A stretch of DNA of 64,000 bases, from assembly GCF_006345805.1 (NCBI RefSeq), contig NC_043012.1, forward strand, positions 25,482,001-25,546,000, given 5' to 3'. The notes below the pieces were generated by a model, which saw nothing but the letters and a program-made list of their open reading frames with translations, was not told the origin of the DNA and made no database searches. The translations under genes were made by a program, and so were the position numbers. The number at the start of each line of letters is the position of its first letter. The first letter of the stretch is position 1. This document shows positions 11,963 through 23,760 of the stretch, in pieces. The stretch comes from Octopus sinensis (lineage: Eukaryota).

Positions 11963-11963
<1 letters not shown>
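11760..11963 (+). mobile_element. Penelope-like pseudo-LTR fragment containing a minimal hammerhead motif (11828-11862)
   Basis: GTTT-CTGACGA-A-GAGC-TCC-GCTC-GAAAC-GTT-AAAC. About 185 bp is shared with 32735-32900 (minus). It ends in (TA)n. Confidence 0.7.
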
Positions 11964-12014
<51 letters not shown>

Positions 12015-12089
12015 TGTATGTATGTATGTATGTATGTATGTATGTATATTCTTTTACTTGTTTCAGTCATTTGACACAGACACAATGAT

Positions 12090-13790
12090 GATCATGGAAT
12101 GAAAAAAGAGATGGTTGGTGGGGAAGTAGCCAACACCCGCCGATTGTTACGTCCCTGTAATATTGTTCGTTTCTTATCAATCAAGAAAGTTCAGAAGATA
12201 TTCCTGGTGATGCGGTAAGCCTCTTACCATTCTCCCATGTTCTAATAGAGGCGCTAAGACCTCTTACTCTGCCTCCCCGACTAAGTCTCTTGCCTCCTGC
12301 AGGCAATCCTGCAGTCACAGGCCGGGGTCCCCAAAAAGATAATTATATTCTTCCTTAGTAAAGGAATCCATCACACTATAGAAATAATTTTCCTCCATGA
12401 CCTCCGCAGCCACTTGCGGAGGCCAGTCCGGGCTACCAATGCAGGTCAGGACCGCCTGTTCCCTGCCTTCAAAATTCCTTACAAAGTTCTCTACGGCCCT
12501 GTTCTGAAGAAAGGAGATTACAAATTCCTCATTTATTACACTGGAAGGGACCACAGTTTCTTCCGTCGGTGTCACAACTCTCACCGACGAGGTTTCGATA
12601 CATGCCGGCAGTATACTGCAAACCGCCAGCACTGTCGCTTTCTTTTTCTTTTTGCCTTTGATACGGGACGGGTTGGTTCCTTCGCTTTAACCGGATGATC
12701 ATCGCTCCCTTCCGCAGCTTTAGGGTCCTTCGGTGAGCAACCATTGTTGTCCATCTTCTTCATTTTTTCCCCTTTTTCCGGGGAGATCTCTACCTCCTCG
12801 ACTACCTCCATCTCTCCTTCTGGAGGAGCAGGGGGGCTTTTCCACAACGAACTGTTCTAGGACCCTATACTGCTTCTGGGGACAGTTATTTTTTATGTGG
12901 TCCGGTTCCAGGTACAGCTCACACTTCAGGGGTGCGTCCCTCAAGAATCACCGGGTTCCTGCAACCAGGCATTTTCAAAACATCTGGAAAAACCAGATCC
13001 TTGGCTGATTGGGTCCACAGGGTCAAAACAGCTTTTGACCCAACCCAATCAACCGCCGGCAAAATTTTAACATTAAGCAGCTTAGATCTGCTGCCACCCA
13101 GACCGCGACGGATAGTGTCTTATCCACTCGGGCTCTATCCCGGGTGTCAACCTGCAACCAAAGCTCTTGTCAACTTCTTCCCACCATACGTGGGAAGAAA
13201 CAAAATCTCTTTGCCCTCTAAGAGCTGGCTCGCAGATTTGCGAGACTCCTCAGGGGCGTCAAATAGCAACCACACCGTTGCGTATTTGATCCCCCCCCCC
13301 ACCTGGAGATGAATTTAATAGTTGGCAAATATTCTGCCAACTCTTTTTCAATTTGAGTCTTTTGAAAGAGGGCGATGGTGTCGAGCGACTTTGAGTAAGT
13401 CCTTAACACCACCGTCCTCTCTTCAAAGTCTTTCATCCACCGCTTGGTTTGGACAATCTCCCACTCCAACACAGTGTTGTTTGTCTTTTTTGCCATGTTT
13501 CTTTTTGGAAAGAGTTCACAAAAAACAAATGTTCACAGAGTTTTAAAAAATCAAAAATGCAGGAAGGAGGGAAGAAGACAAGAAACTGTTCCAAAACACA
13601 GCACACTATTCTGGCTGTCCTGGTATTCCTGGCCAACTCGGTAATCCTCTTGGTAAGGGCACACAACAATTTCACCAAAAACTGTTAAAAAAATAAGCAC
13701 ATTTATAGTAGGAGAGATAAGCCCCCAAAACACACTTCTCACCGCTAAGTGAGACATTAAACACAACTACAGGCAGACAAATGCGTGGAA
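12090..13790 (-). pseudogene. Frameshifted ORF1 (gag-like, zinc knuckle) of a non-LTR retrotransposon with 5'UTR and a trace of the ORF2 endonuclease start
   Basis: ATG at 13496 (MAKKTNNTVLEW...). With frameshifts it continues GIKYATVWLLFD..LPTYGGKKLTRALVAG..VILEGRTP-[K]CELYLEPDHIKNNCP (decayed CX2CX4HX4C at 12882-12923), then a charged tail to a stop at 12315. Confidence 0.7.
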
Positions 13791-15325
13791 CTCAGTGGAG
13801 ATTTCTTGTTCGACAAAAATAAATAAACACAAGCAACAAACCGCCACTGGATCCCCCATGTATGTAGTTTTGCTTCACTTTTTCAATAATTCACGACGTT
13901 GGTATACAGCGACGTGACTCCTAGCAGTGCAAAGAAAACACTGTCCAAGCTTCTTACCACAGAGCCTCTCCTGTCCATATTATGTCTTCTTTTTTTCTCT
14001 TTTGCTTAACCTATCCCAACCAGTCGCCATCTTGATGCAACATACAAATTTCATGCAAAACATCATTCCATTGGCTCCTTTCATTGTTGTACCCCTCACC
14101 AGTGCAAAAGCAACAAACTACAACCCTTATGAATAAAGTACGATTTGCCAAGACCATCGAAAACATGAATCTCAACATCAGCTGCAAATGCAAGGATTCA
14201 TTGATGATTTCCTCTAGTGTTCATCCTCAATATTTCAGAGACTACTGCATCGTGTAGTATTATAGAAAATCTATATGACGTCAATGACATATAGACATAT
14301 ATCCCTGCTAACCTCAGGGATGCGGGTTGTGAGTATGTTGGTGCAATACATGCAATCACCTTAGAATCCTGCAAATGAAAAAAAAAACTTTCAGACAGTT
14401 TAGTATAAATTCCCTCAGCAACAGGCTTCATTTGTTCTCCTACAAATGATCTGCATCCAGGCTTTTTCTACAGATAATACCCAGGCTTTGGATTCACGCA
14501 GTTATCGAATGTCATAACATCAGACCCAGACACTCTCAACCTGCTGGTCTTTCCATTAACAGTCAATCCTCTAGCAAACATGTCCAATCGTACCACAACA
14601 AATCGTCTTCCTAGAACTCTCTTCCCAGCAGATATTATTCCTGGTGCTGACGAATTTATTTAAGAATAAACTTTAATATTATATTTTACTATGTTGTGGC
14701 ATGTGCGCATGTAAAATTTCTCACTAGATTTATATTTTCCTCTTAGTTATTAAACGATAACAATTTCAATAAGAATTGTTACTAGTTCTTTATGAAAGTA
14801 AAAATAAGTATAAGAAATTAGAAAATAACTTTTCATAGTATAATTTATTTTCATGCGTCAAGCGAAAGTTAATAAGTAGCTTATTAGTAGGCAACGTGGA
14901 ATATATTGCAATGTTATCACTCATTTGTTAAGCTATACATTTGGCGCCAACACAATAAGAGGACAGATATTTTGCTGGTAGAAATCTTGCTAAAAATTTC
15001 ACCATTAGAATAAACCATGCATTTCCAAGGTTATAAAGTTCAACAAAAGCAAATTAGCCACTCAGACTGCTGATGTTGAATTTTTATTCACACCACACAC
15101 ACACACATACACACACATATTTAAATTAATATACTTTTTAATTTAGGCGGACAGAAGTGTACAAACTGTGCGGGAAAATGATCAACAGGAATTTGCATCT
15201 TAGTTGAAGTAAGACAACAATAAGCGAGCGACAATTGTTAATGCTTCTAGAAAAAAAAAAACAGTAACATATTCCTGCCTGTATTAAAATTAATAATACA
15301 CTGTCAGATACATTTTTAATTATTT

Positions 15326-15985
15326 GAGGTCACGGATCTTTTCATTTTGAACGGCAGACAATTTCTAGTTAACTAAACACTTTAAAACTTCGTATACCGG
15401 TAGAATGTGTCAAAATAAAACATTTTTTTCTCTTGGCTTTCTTGAGAAAATTGTAATTTGTTTGTTTAACGTACTTTGATTTTTCGAATTTGAACCAATC
15501 CTATGCTCTCTTTTGAGCTAAAATCATTTGCTGCGTCTAAAACTGAGACAACATCCTGTAACTAGCCCTAAACCTCCTCCCTAATCCTAACCCTAACCCT
15601 AAATTTCTTTTCTTAATTGTTAAATTAATTTGATTGTTACGCGTGTAAAAGAAACGAAAGCAATGGAATTAAATTAATTTAACAATTAAGAAAAAAATTA
15701 GGGTTAGGATTAGGGGGGAGGTTTAGTGTTAGTTACAGGATGTTGTCTCAGTTTTAGACGCAGCAAATGATTTTAGTTGAATGGAGGTAATCGATTGGTT
15801 AAAAATGCCGAAATGCTCGGATTTTCAGACGAAATATCTTAAAAAACTATAGAATTTTCTGAATAAAACCAAGAAAAAATGATGTTTTATAAACACATTC
15901 TACAAGTATACGAAGTTTAAAAGTGTTTAGTTAACTAGAAATTTTGTTGACATCTGCCGTTTAAAAGGAAAAGATCCGAGGTCAC
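15326..15985. mobile_element. 644-bp foldback MITE (15334-15977) with 8-bp TSD and internal telomere-like repeats
   Basis: GAGGTCAC at 15326-15333 and 15978-15985. Termini GGATCTTTTC/GAAAAGATCC. Arms are reverse-complementary over about 290 bp each. CCCTAA-like run 15566-15602 and TTAGGG-like run 15698-15726. Confidence 0.85.
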
Positions 15986-16924
15986 TCTTTCCTCTTATCA
16001 GAGTCGCTCACGACCATAACAATGTTTTTGATAAAAATGAACATGTGTGTATGTTTGTATACATATAGTAATAAGTGTCGGTGAATGTTTATGTGTGTGT
16101 GTGTGTACGTACGTATGCTCGTATATGTATGCATATGTGTGTGTGTGCGTATGAATGATTGTGTACGTGTGAGTGTGTCCCTATAAGTGAGTCTGTGAGT
16201 GTAAGTGTAATGTGCAAGTGAGTGATTTTGTACGTGAAGGAGTGAGTGTGTGTGTGTATGAATGATTGTGTACATGTGAGTGTGTCCGTATAAGTGAGTC
16301 TGTGAGTGTAAGTGTAATGTGCAAGTGAGTGATTTTATACGTGTGAGCGAGTGAGTGTGTGTGTGTGTGTGTGTATTAATCTGTGAATGCGAGTGAGAGT
16401 GTGTGTGTGTGTGTGTATGCAGTGTAAAAACAGTAAACATGGAAAGGAGCAACGTACGAAGAAGAAATTATGACAAATCCGCTTTTAGATTAGCAATTAA
16501 ACGTAACAAGAAATTGCCTTAACGTTCCCGGCATTAGTCCTTTATTAGAAGACAAGAAGAACAGAAACAAAAGATAGTATGACAGAGAAACAGCGGTGAG
16601 CATATAAAACATTTTTCCAAGCGTTGTGGAATGATAAGCTGGAAGAAGGTGAAAGATTAAAAACATGAGAAATTCTATCCCTTTTGAAATACATTTTCAT
16701 GGAAGTAATCCGAAATTTTGTAGTCACTACTAAACTTCTCCATGTAGAAATATATATTTTGTACTTTACAACTAATTATGAAGCGACATTTCAAATTAAT
16801 GTTAAATTGTGTTTATAAAATAATTGGAATAAATACAAACATTACTATATGCGTAAACACAATTTATACAAATAAATAACTATATATTTATATATATATA
16901 ATATATATAATATATATATATATA

Positions 16925-16991
<67 letters not shown>

Positions 16992-16999
16992 CTTGTAAA

Positions 17000-17304
17000 G
17001 TGAATGCACATGGCCTAGTGGTTAGAGCAGCAAACTCGCGGTCGAGGGATCGCAGGTTCGAATCTCAGATCAGGCGATGTGTGTGTGTGTGTGTGTTTAT
17101 GAGTAAAACACTTAAGCTCCACGCTACTCCGGAAGAAGGTAATGGCGAACTTCTGCTTACTCTTTCGCCACAACTTTCTCTCACTCTTTCCTCCTCACCT
17201 GCGACGGACCGGCGTCCCGTCTAGGTGGAGAACCTATACACCAAATGGAACCAGCAAACCGGCCCTTATGAGCCAGGCATCGCTCGAAAAGGAACACAGA
17301 AACA
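17000..17304 (+). mobile_element. Family-C tRNA-derived SINE, tail type 1
   Basis: TGGCCTAGTGG A-box, GGTTCGAATCT B-box, CACAACTTTCTCTCACTC body, GCGACGGACCGGCGTCCCGTC.AGG...AAACCGGCCCTTATGAGCC tail. Confidence 0.9.
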
Positions 17305-17334
17305 ATACTTGCATAATATGTATTATGTTATATT

Positions 17335-17600
17335 ATATGGCCAAGAGATAAGGGTGTTAAAGTCACGATCGCTAGATCGTGGTTTCAATTCCTATACTGG
17401 TTAGTGTGTTGTGCTCTTGACCAAAACACTTCATCTCATGCTGCACTGCGATCACTGAGGTGTGGTACATCGATCACCTGTTCAGACAACGTTGATTTGA
17501 CTGGAGTGTGAGCTAATGTACGACGCGAACATTTGATCACTTGTGCAGGTCGATCGACAAAAGCTAAACGCTCATACCTCGTTTTCAACGAGAGAGTACA
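17335..17600 (+). mobile_element. tRNA-derived SINE with CORE-like block (family D)
   Basis: TGGCCAAGAGATAAG / GTTTCAATTCC boxes, then GTGTTGTGCTCTTGACCAAAACACTTCATCTC. Confidence 0.6.
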
Positions 17601-18037
17601 TCATTTAATACACACACACATACATACACATACACACGCATACACACACACACCCACACAAACATACATGTATATATGAACATACTTGTATATATATATA
17701 TATGTATAAGTATATATATTTATACATATATGTGTGTGTGTATTCATACATGTGTATAATCGTCGGGGTAGTAACAATGAACACTTACTTGAACAATCAC
17801 TATAAGAGAGAGTGCACTGAATTTGAACAAAGATGAGAAGTTAAACTCAAGATATTCTGATCAATAGTTTTTATTGCGAGGTTATCTCCATGAATAGCTA
17901 ATCACTCGGGAATATTTATAGAGTTCACCCAGAGAGGCGTCTCGCTTTCGATGACGTAGTGCAAAGTAATTATATGCGGACATACATACATACCTATGTA
18001 TGTACGTATGTATTTATGTATGTATGATTTATGTATA

Positions 18038-18080
<43 letters not shown>

Positions 18081-19382
18081 TATATATATATACATACACA
18101 ATGATAATATATATATGTAAAATATACATACCTATATATTCTATACAAATATACATACATATATATTTATAATTGTTTGCATGCACACATATGCACACAC
18201 ATAAATGCACATATTTTTGTGTAATTATTTTTGTGTAATTATTTATGAATATATTTAGATTCAAACGCAGACACATACATATACATATATATAGGCAGAG
18301 TAGGACGGCATGACTATGAAAGTCACTTCCTGATCACAAGGTTTCTGTTTCAAATCCAGTGTTTAACATCTTAAGCAGATAATATTTTATATTGCCTGAG
18401 TTTGATGTTTTATTTTCTATGAGAATTTTTTAGGCGCCTAGACTGAGTATTTGTGTACGTCTGTCAAATGGGCTGCTCCAGTTATTCATACAAGTTCTTA
18501 TCACGCTTTTGCATTCATCAATGCAACTCTTAGCCACGTGGGAACACTTTTCTAACGGCTGACAAGGGGGACGGGCTCCCTTATTACAACAAGAGAAATG
18601 GAGTCACATCAGTGCTGATTTCAGATTAAATCAGACCTTCGTCAGTGATGCATTACTCTGTCACCGAGAGTTAAAGAACCTAAGTCACATTGTCAGTCTT
18701 ATAGAGAGTGTGTGTTTGTGTATGTATGTACATATATGTTATTGAGAGTGACTTCGAAGTTTCGGCTAGCTATGCCGTCATCTGTCTATGATGCATTAAG
18801 TTAATCTTGGCTTTATATATTCTCTGTTGTGATAAAAGTTTTGTGAGGTTTGTGGGGTTCAGTTGAATGGTAATTAGACTGTAGCGTGGGCTGTAATGCA
18901 GAGGCGGTGTGGAGAAATTTCTACTGAATAAATTTAGGATAACGTTATTGTTCAAAATATATTCATATTTGTAAGACGTATACTTGAAAAATAAACTACG
19001 ATAGGTGAACCGCGAGGGATTGCTATATATATGTGGTGTGTGTGTGTGTGTGTGTGTGGTGTGTGTGTGGTGTGGTGAATATATATTGTATATATAACAT
19101 GAGTCGGTTAGCTTTGAAATTGGTTTCCCCATATGGCAATTTCGCTTTCTCATATACGTCATGTTGGTTCTGACTTAGACCACATAACACTATATCATTT
19201 GTTATTGATGCAAAATTACACGAGTATAATTTTTCTTAGATAAATATAGAGATTATTTCTATTTTGAGAAGTATGTATTGAGAAGCATACATTTATAAAG
19301 ATACACAGATATCTGCTTCGCTCTCTGCCTATCTCTCTTCCTGTACATTTTACTATGTATATATCTGTATATTTTATATATG

Positions 19383-19438
<56 letters not shown>

Positions 19439-20043
19439 TATGTATGTATGTATTTATGTATACAATATATATATATAATATATATAATATATTATATATA
19501 TACACTTGTGTGTGTGTTTATGTATTGTATGAGTGTGTATGTGTGCGGGTACGTGTCTGTAAATCGAAAATTATGATTTGACTACTCATTTCCTCTCCTA
19601 TGGAAACTGAAAATTGTGTATACTATTTTCGAATACTTAGGCATTAAATGTACACTCCCTCATGTATGTACGTATCTATAGGCACGCATTCTTATATATA
19701 TACATTATACACAGTTTAATTCAGAATAGTAAGTTAGCGTTTAGTTAAATATTATTTCGTCTATTTTCACAACATTGATCACATGTCGACGCATTTCGTG
19801 ATGGAAATATGAATAACAACGTACTTATTGTTGAAATTCATTGATCGGATATTACTATTCTAAGACAGATGACAAAATCGAGAGTTAGAATATTAATATT
19901 TCCATAACACTTTGTACATTTATATCACTCTTTAATTGCCTATATTTTGGTGGAAATATATATATATATTTTGCGTGCAATGATATGTTTAGATTTTTCC
20001 CTTTAACTCTCTTTCAACGTTAGATGTTTGGGAAAATATGGCG

Positions 20044-20254
20044 TACAGGGTGCGGCAAAATGTATCTAGCTTTGACATTCAATGAGTTTACAAAGCGATC
20101 GAGTTAAATGTTATTCAAATTGAATTTTAAATAAACTTTTCATGACAAGGCACACAATATGCACTGATTCCATTTAGCATGCCAAAGAATTATCTACTTG
20201 AAAACACCAGATCATTTTGTCTATCTTGTTTGGAGCCCCGACCGACACCCTGTA
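20044..20254. mobile_element. Decayed Tc1/mariner-type MITE
   Basis: TA-CAGGGTG(C)GG ... CCGACACCCTG-TA termini. Confidence 0.5.
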
Positions 20255-20405
20255 AAATCTGGAACGCTTCCTGCCTTAGTCCGTACCGTTTTTGCAGTGT
20301 CAAAACACTGAGGTAGTTGGTACATTCTAAGTCAGCATATATATATATATATATATATATATATGCTTGTGTGTGTGTTCATGTATATGTGTGTGTATAT
20401 GTATG

Positions 20406-20483
<78 letters not shown>

Positions 20484-20822
20484 AGATATGTATAAGCGGA
20501 CGGGCGTGGCTCTATGACATGGGCTTATCTGAGAAGCTTTAATTACAATCATGTGACTAATAACCAGATCAAGGTTATAAATTCTCGATAGCTGTTCCGT
20601 CTTCATTGTGAATATTTCACCTTAAAATAATATCGATAATTTGTTTGCTAATAGCACATCGAAACTATGCATTATTTTGGGGTTTTATAAATCACGTGTT
20701 CTCTCATTATTCTGAGTAAAACGTGTGGCTTTTAACTAGAAGTTAATAATCCAAGAAATATTTATCAATGTGTCCCTTTGTCTCCGTGCAAATGTTTATA
20801 TCGTACACTATCTATTTCTTTA

Positions 20823-21152
20823 GTGGAGGCGCAATGGCCCAGTGATTAGGGCAGCGGACTCGCTGTCGGAGGATCGCGGTTTCGATTCCCAGACCGGGCG
20901 TTGTGTGTGTTTATAGAGCGAAAACACCTAAAGCTCCACGAGGCTCTGGCAGGGGTTGGCGGCGACCTCTGTTGTACTCTTTCGCCCCAACTTTCTCTCA
21001 CTCTCTCTTCCTGTTTCTTGAGTAACGCTGCGATGGACTGGCGTCCCGCCCAGCTGGTGGGTGGGGCGGACACATACGCCCCAGAAACCGGGAATCCGGG
21101 CCCGTGAGTCTGGCTAGGTTTGAAATGGGCGCATAAAATTTTATTTTTAAAA
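20823..21152 (+). mobile_element. Family-C SINE, tail type 1, probable 11-bp TSD
   Basis: GGAGGCGCAATGGCCCAGTG head. CTATTTCTTTA (20812-20822) and CTATTCCTTTA (21153-21163) flank it. Confidence 0.9.
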
Positions 21153-21655
21153 CTATTCCTTTAAACTATACGATTTGATCATATGGATATTTAGCTGTTA
21201 TCTCATGCTGGTTAACTAACACAACACATGCTCTCTGGTTCCGCAATTCTGTGTACCCTTTTTTCTAGCACTCTAATATAATACAAAATTTTAAACATTG
21301 TACATTTAGGACTGCACTGTTTAATCGATATCTCTTTGCTTTGTTTAATGACAATGTGTTCTCCTTTGATAGATGGATATCGTAGTTATTACTTACGGCT
21401 ACATAGCAAAAATGTGTTCCATTTTCTATATATATGTTTAAAAATTTAATGAACACGCTATGTGTTAATTCATATTAACATAACTTATTGTATTTTTCCC
21501 TCCATCATATTTTCTCTCACATTTATTCATAAATAATTCAGTAAACACACCGAAATTTATTATTTCGAATAACATGATATAATTAATAATACATCACTCA
21601 GAAACTATTACCCTTTTACGTCCGTAAAATGTGAATTCCGTGTTGGGTATTTCTC

Positions 21656-21689
<34 letters not shown>

Positions 21690-21724
21690 TCTTTCTTTTT
21701 CTCTCTCTCTCTCTCTCTCTCTCC

Positions 21725-21776
<52 letters not shown>

Positions 21777-22544
21777 TATTCTGAATTTGTGTAAACGTGT
21801 ATAGAATAATATATCAGTTGAATAAAGTTAAAATATGGCCAGGTTTTCAAGTTTTTTTTTTATAATGGTATTTTTTAAAAGATAATCTTTTTTTACCATG
21901 CTGAAGTGTGGTAAACATTAAAAAAAATATTTTGTAATGTTCCTAAAGTTCAGTTAGCGCTTTCATACGTTCGTAGTAATCATCTGATTTCAAAATGTAT
22001 TTAAGCGGCAGTCGAGGTCTTGACAGCTGTAGCAAAATGACTGACTTCTTCCTTTTCGTACCTCATAGAAGACTCCAACAAGCTGAATTTTTGAAATACG
22101 GTTTTGACCAATCAGTATGCAACTTAAACGTCACATTTTACCGGACGTTTCGATATTACTAGCATTGATCCCGGCTTTATTTTAACCAATTAGCTTGCGG
22201 TTTATATGTAATGGTTTTATGAGTGAATAAGCTTATTTGGTTTCGATCGTTTTTATTTCAATTGCTGGGTGTTTTCTGTAATATGTTTATAGTAATAGGT
22301 TAAAGATATTTTTTAATCCACATCCATTATTGAGCAATTGTGGTGTTTTATGGGCTGAAATTTTGAGTGCTTCTTTTAGCCAGAGTCCACAAGTGGAACA
22401 ATGCCCCTGACATGGGATGCCCAGGATAACATGTATTGTATTTTCGATTAATTAAATAGTGTATTTAACTGGCTAGTGATATGCAATCGCTTTGCTCTTT
22501 ATATTTAAATGAATCTTGCCTTAGCGTTTGTTGTCCTCTTTAAA

Positions 22545-22547
22545 AAT

Positions 22548-22598
<51 letters not shown>

Positions 22599-22765
22599 AC
22601 ATATGTATGTACGTATGTATCTATCTATATGCATGTATGACTGAGTGTGAATTTATCAATCGATCTAACTTTCTATGTAACCATTTTTATGTATATGCAT
22701 TTGTGTGTTCTATATTGATGTATATGCGTATATACATATATATATAAGCATACATACATACCTAC

Positions 22766-22796
<31 letters not shown>

Positions 22797-22802
22797 ATAT
22801 AT

Positions 22803-22836
<34 letters not shown>

Positions 22837-22837
22837 C

Positions 22838-22923
<86 letters not shown>

Positions 22924-23045
22924 CATATATATATAATATATATACATATATATATTATATATATATATATATACTTATACACACACACATATATATATAT
23001 ATATATATGTGTTTGTATGTGTGTGTGTGTATGTATTATGTATGT
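22545..23045. repeat. (TA)n-dominated compound microsatellite
   Basis: Direct reading. Confidence 0.95.
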
Positions 23046-23522
23046 ATCTATATATTCTTTGGTTTTCTTTCATTCTATTCCCAATTTTTTTGCTGTCGGG
23101 GTTCTCAGTTTCTCCCCCCGTATCTCCCATTGATAATTTCATGCGAACTACCATTTACAGGGCGGAATGTCGTGGATTAAATTCCTTCAACTGAAACCAT
23201 CATTCTTAATGAAGGTCTTCAGTGTTAATGACAACACTTTTCAAAACGTTAACGAGAGAGATCATCTGAAATTTCAATTAGAGGACATGAACACGAATTG
23301 GATGGGGTGCATTGTGATAACTATATGTGTGTTTCACTCGCATGACAACTTCCAGAGAAGCGAAGTGAATGCAATGTAGTGCTTCTAAGAGTTGAGAACA
23401 ACAACGAGTTATAGATTTGGAAGGCGGATACGAAAATGAATTCACTTATGAGATAACTAGATAGATGTTCGAGTATGACGTAGCGGTGGTTTCTGCTTTA
23501 AAAATATATAGTTTGCTATATA

Positions 23523-23760
23523 AGGTGGCGAGCTGGCAGAAACGTTAGCACGCCGGGAGAAATGCTTAGCGTTATTCCGTCTGCTGTTACGTTCTAAGCT
23601 CAAATTCCGCCGAGGTCGACTTTGCTTTATATCCTTTCGGGATCAATTAAATAAGTACCAGTTACGCACTGAGGTCGATGCAATCGACTTAATCCCTTTT
23701 TCTGTCCTTGTTTGTCCCCTCCATATTTATTCCCCTTTATGGGCGATAAAGAAATAAATA
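23523..23760 (+). mobile_element. Family-A SINE, near full length
   Basis: All family-A blocks plus GGGCGATAAAGAAATAA tail. Confidence 0.9.

Noticed and set aside
15566-15726. Ancient telomere fusion site
   Set aside because: Orientation is CCCTAA then TTAGGG (opposite of a fusion), and both runs are parts of MITE arms bounded by a TSD.
17000-17075. tRNA-like sequences at heads of families A-E
   Set aside because: They have A/B boxes but no closed acceptor stem or terminator, and they continue into SINE bodies with TSDs; these are not tRNA genes.
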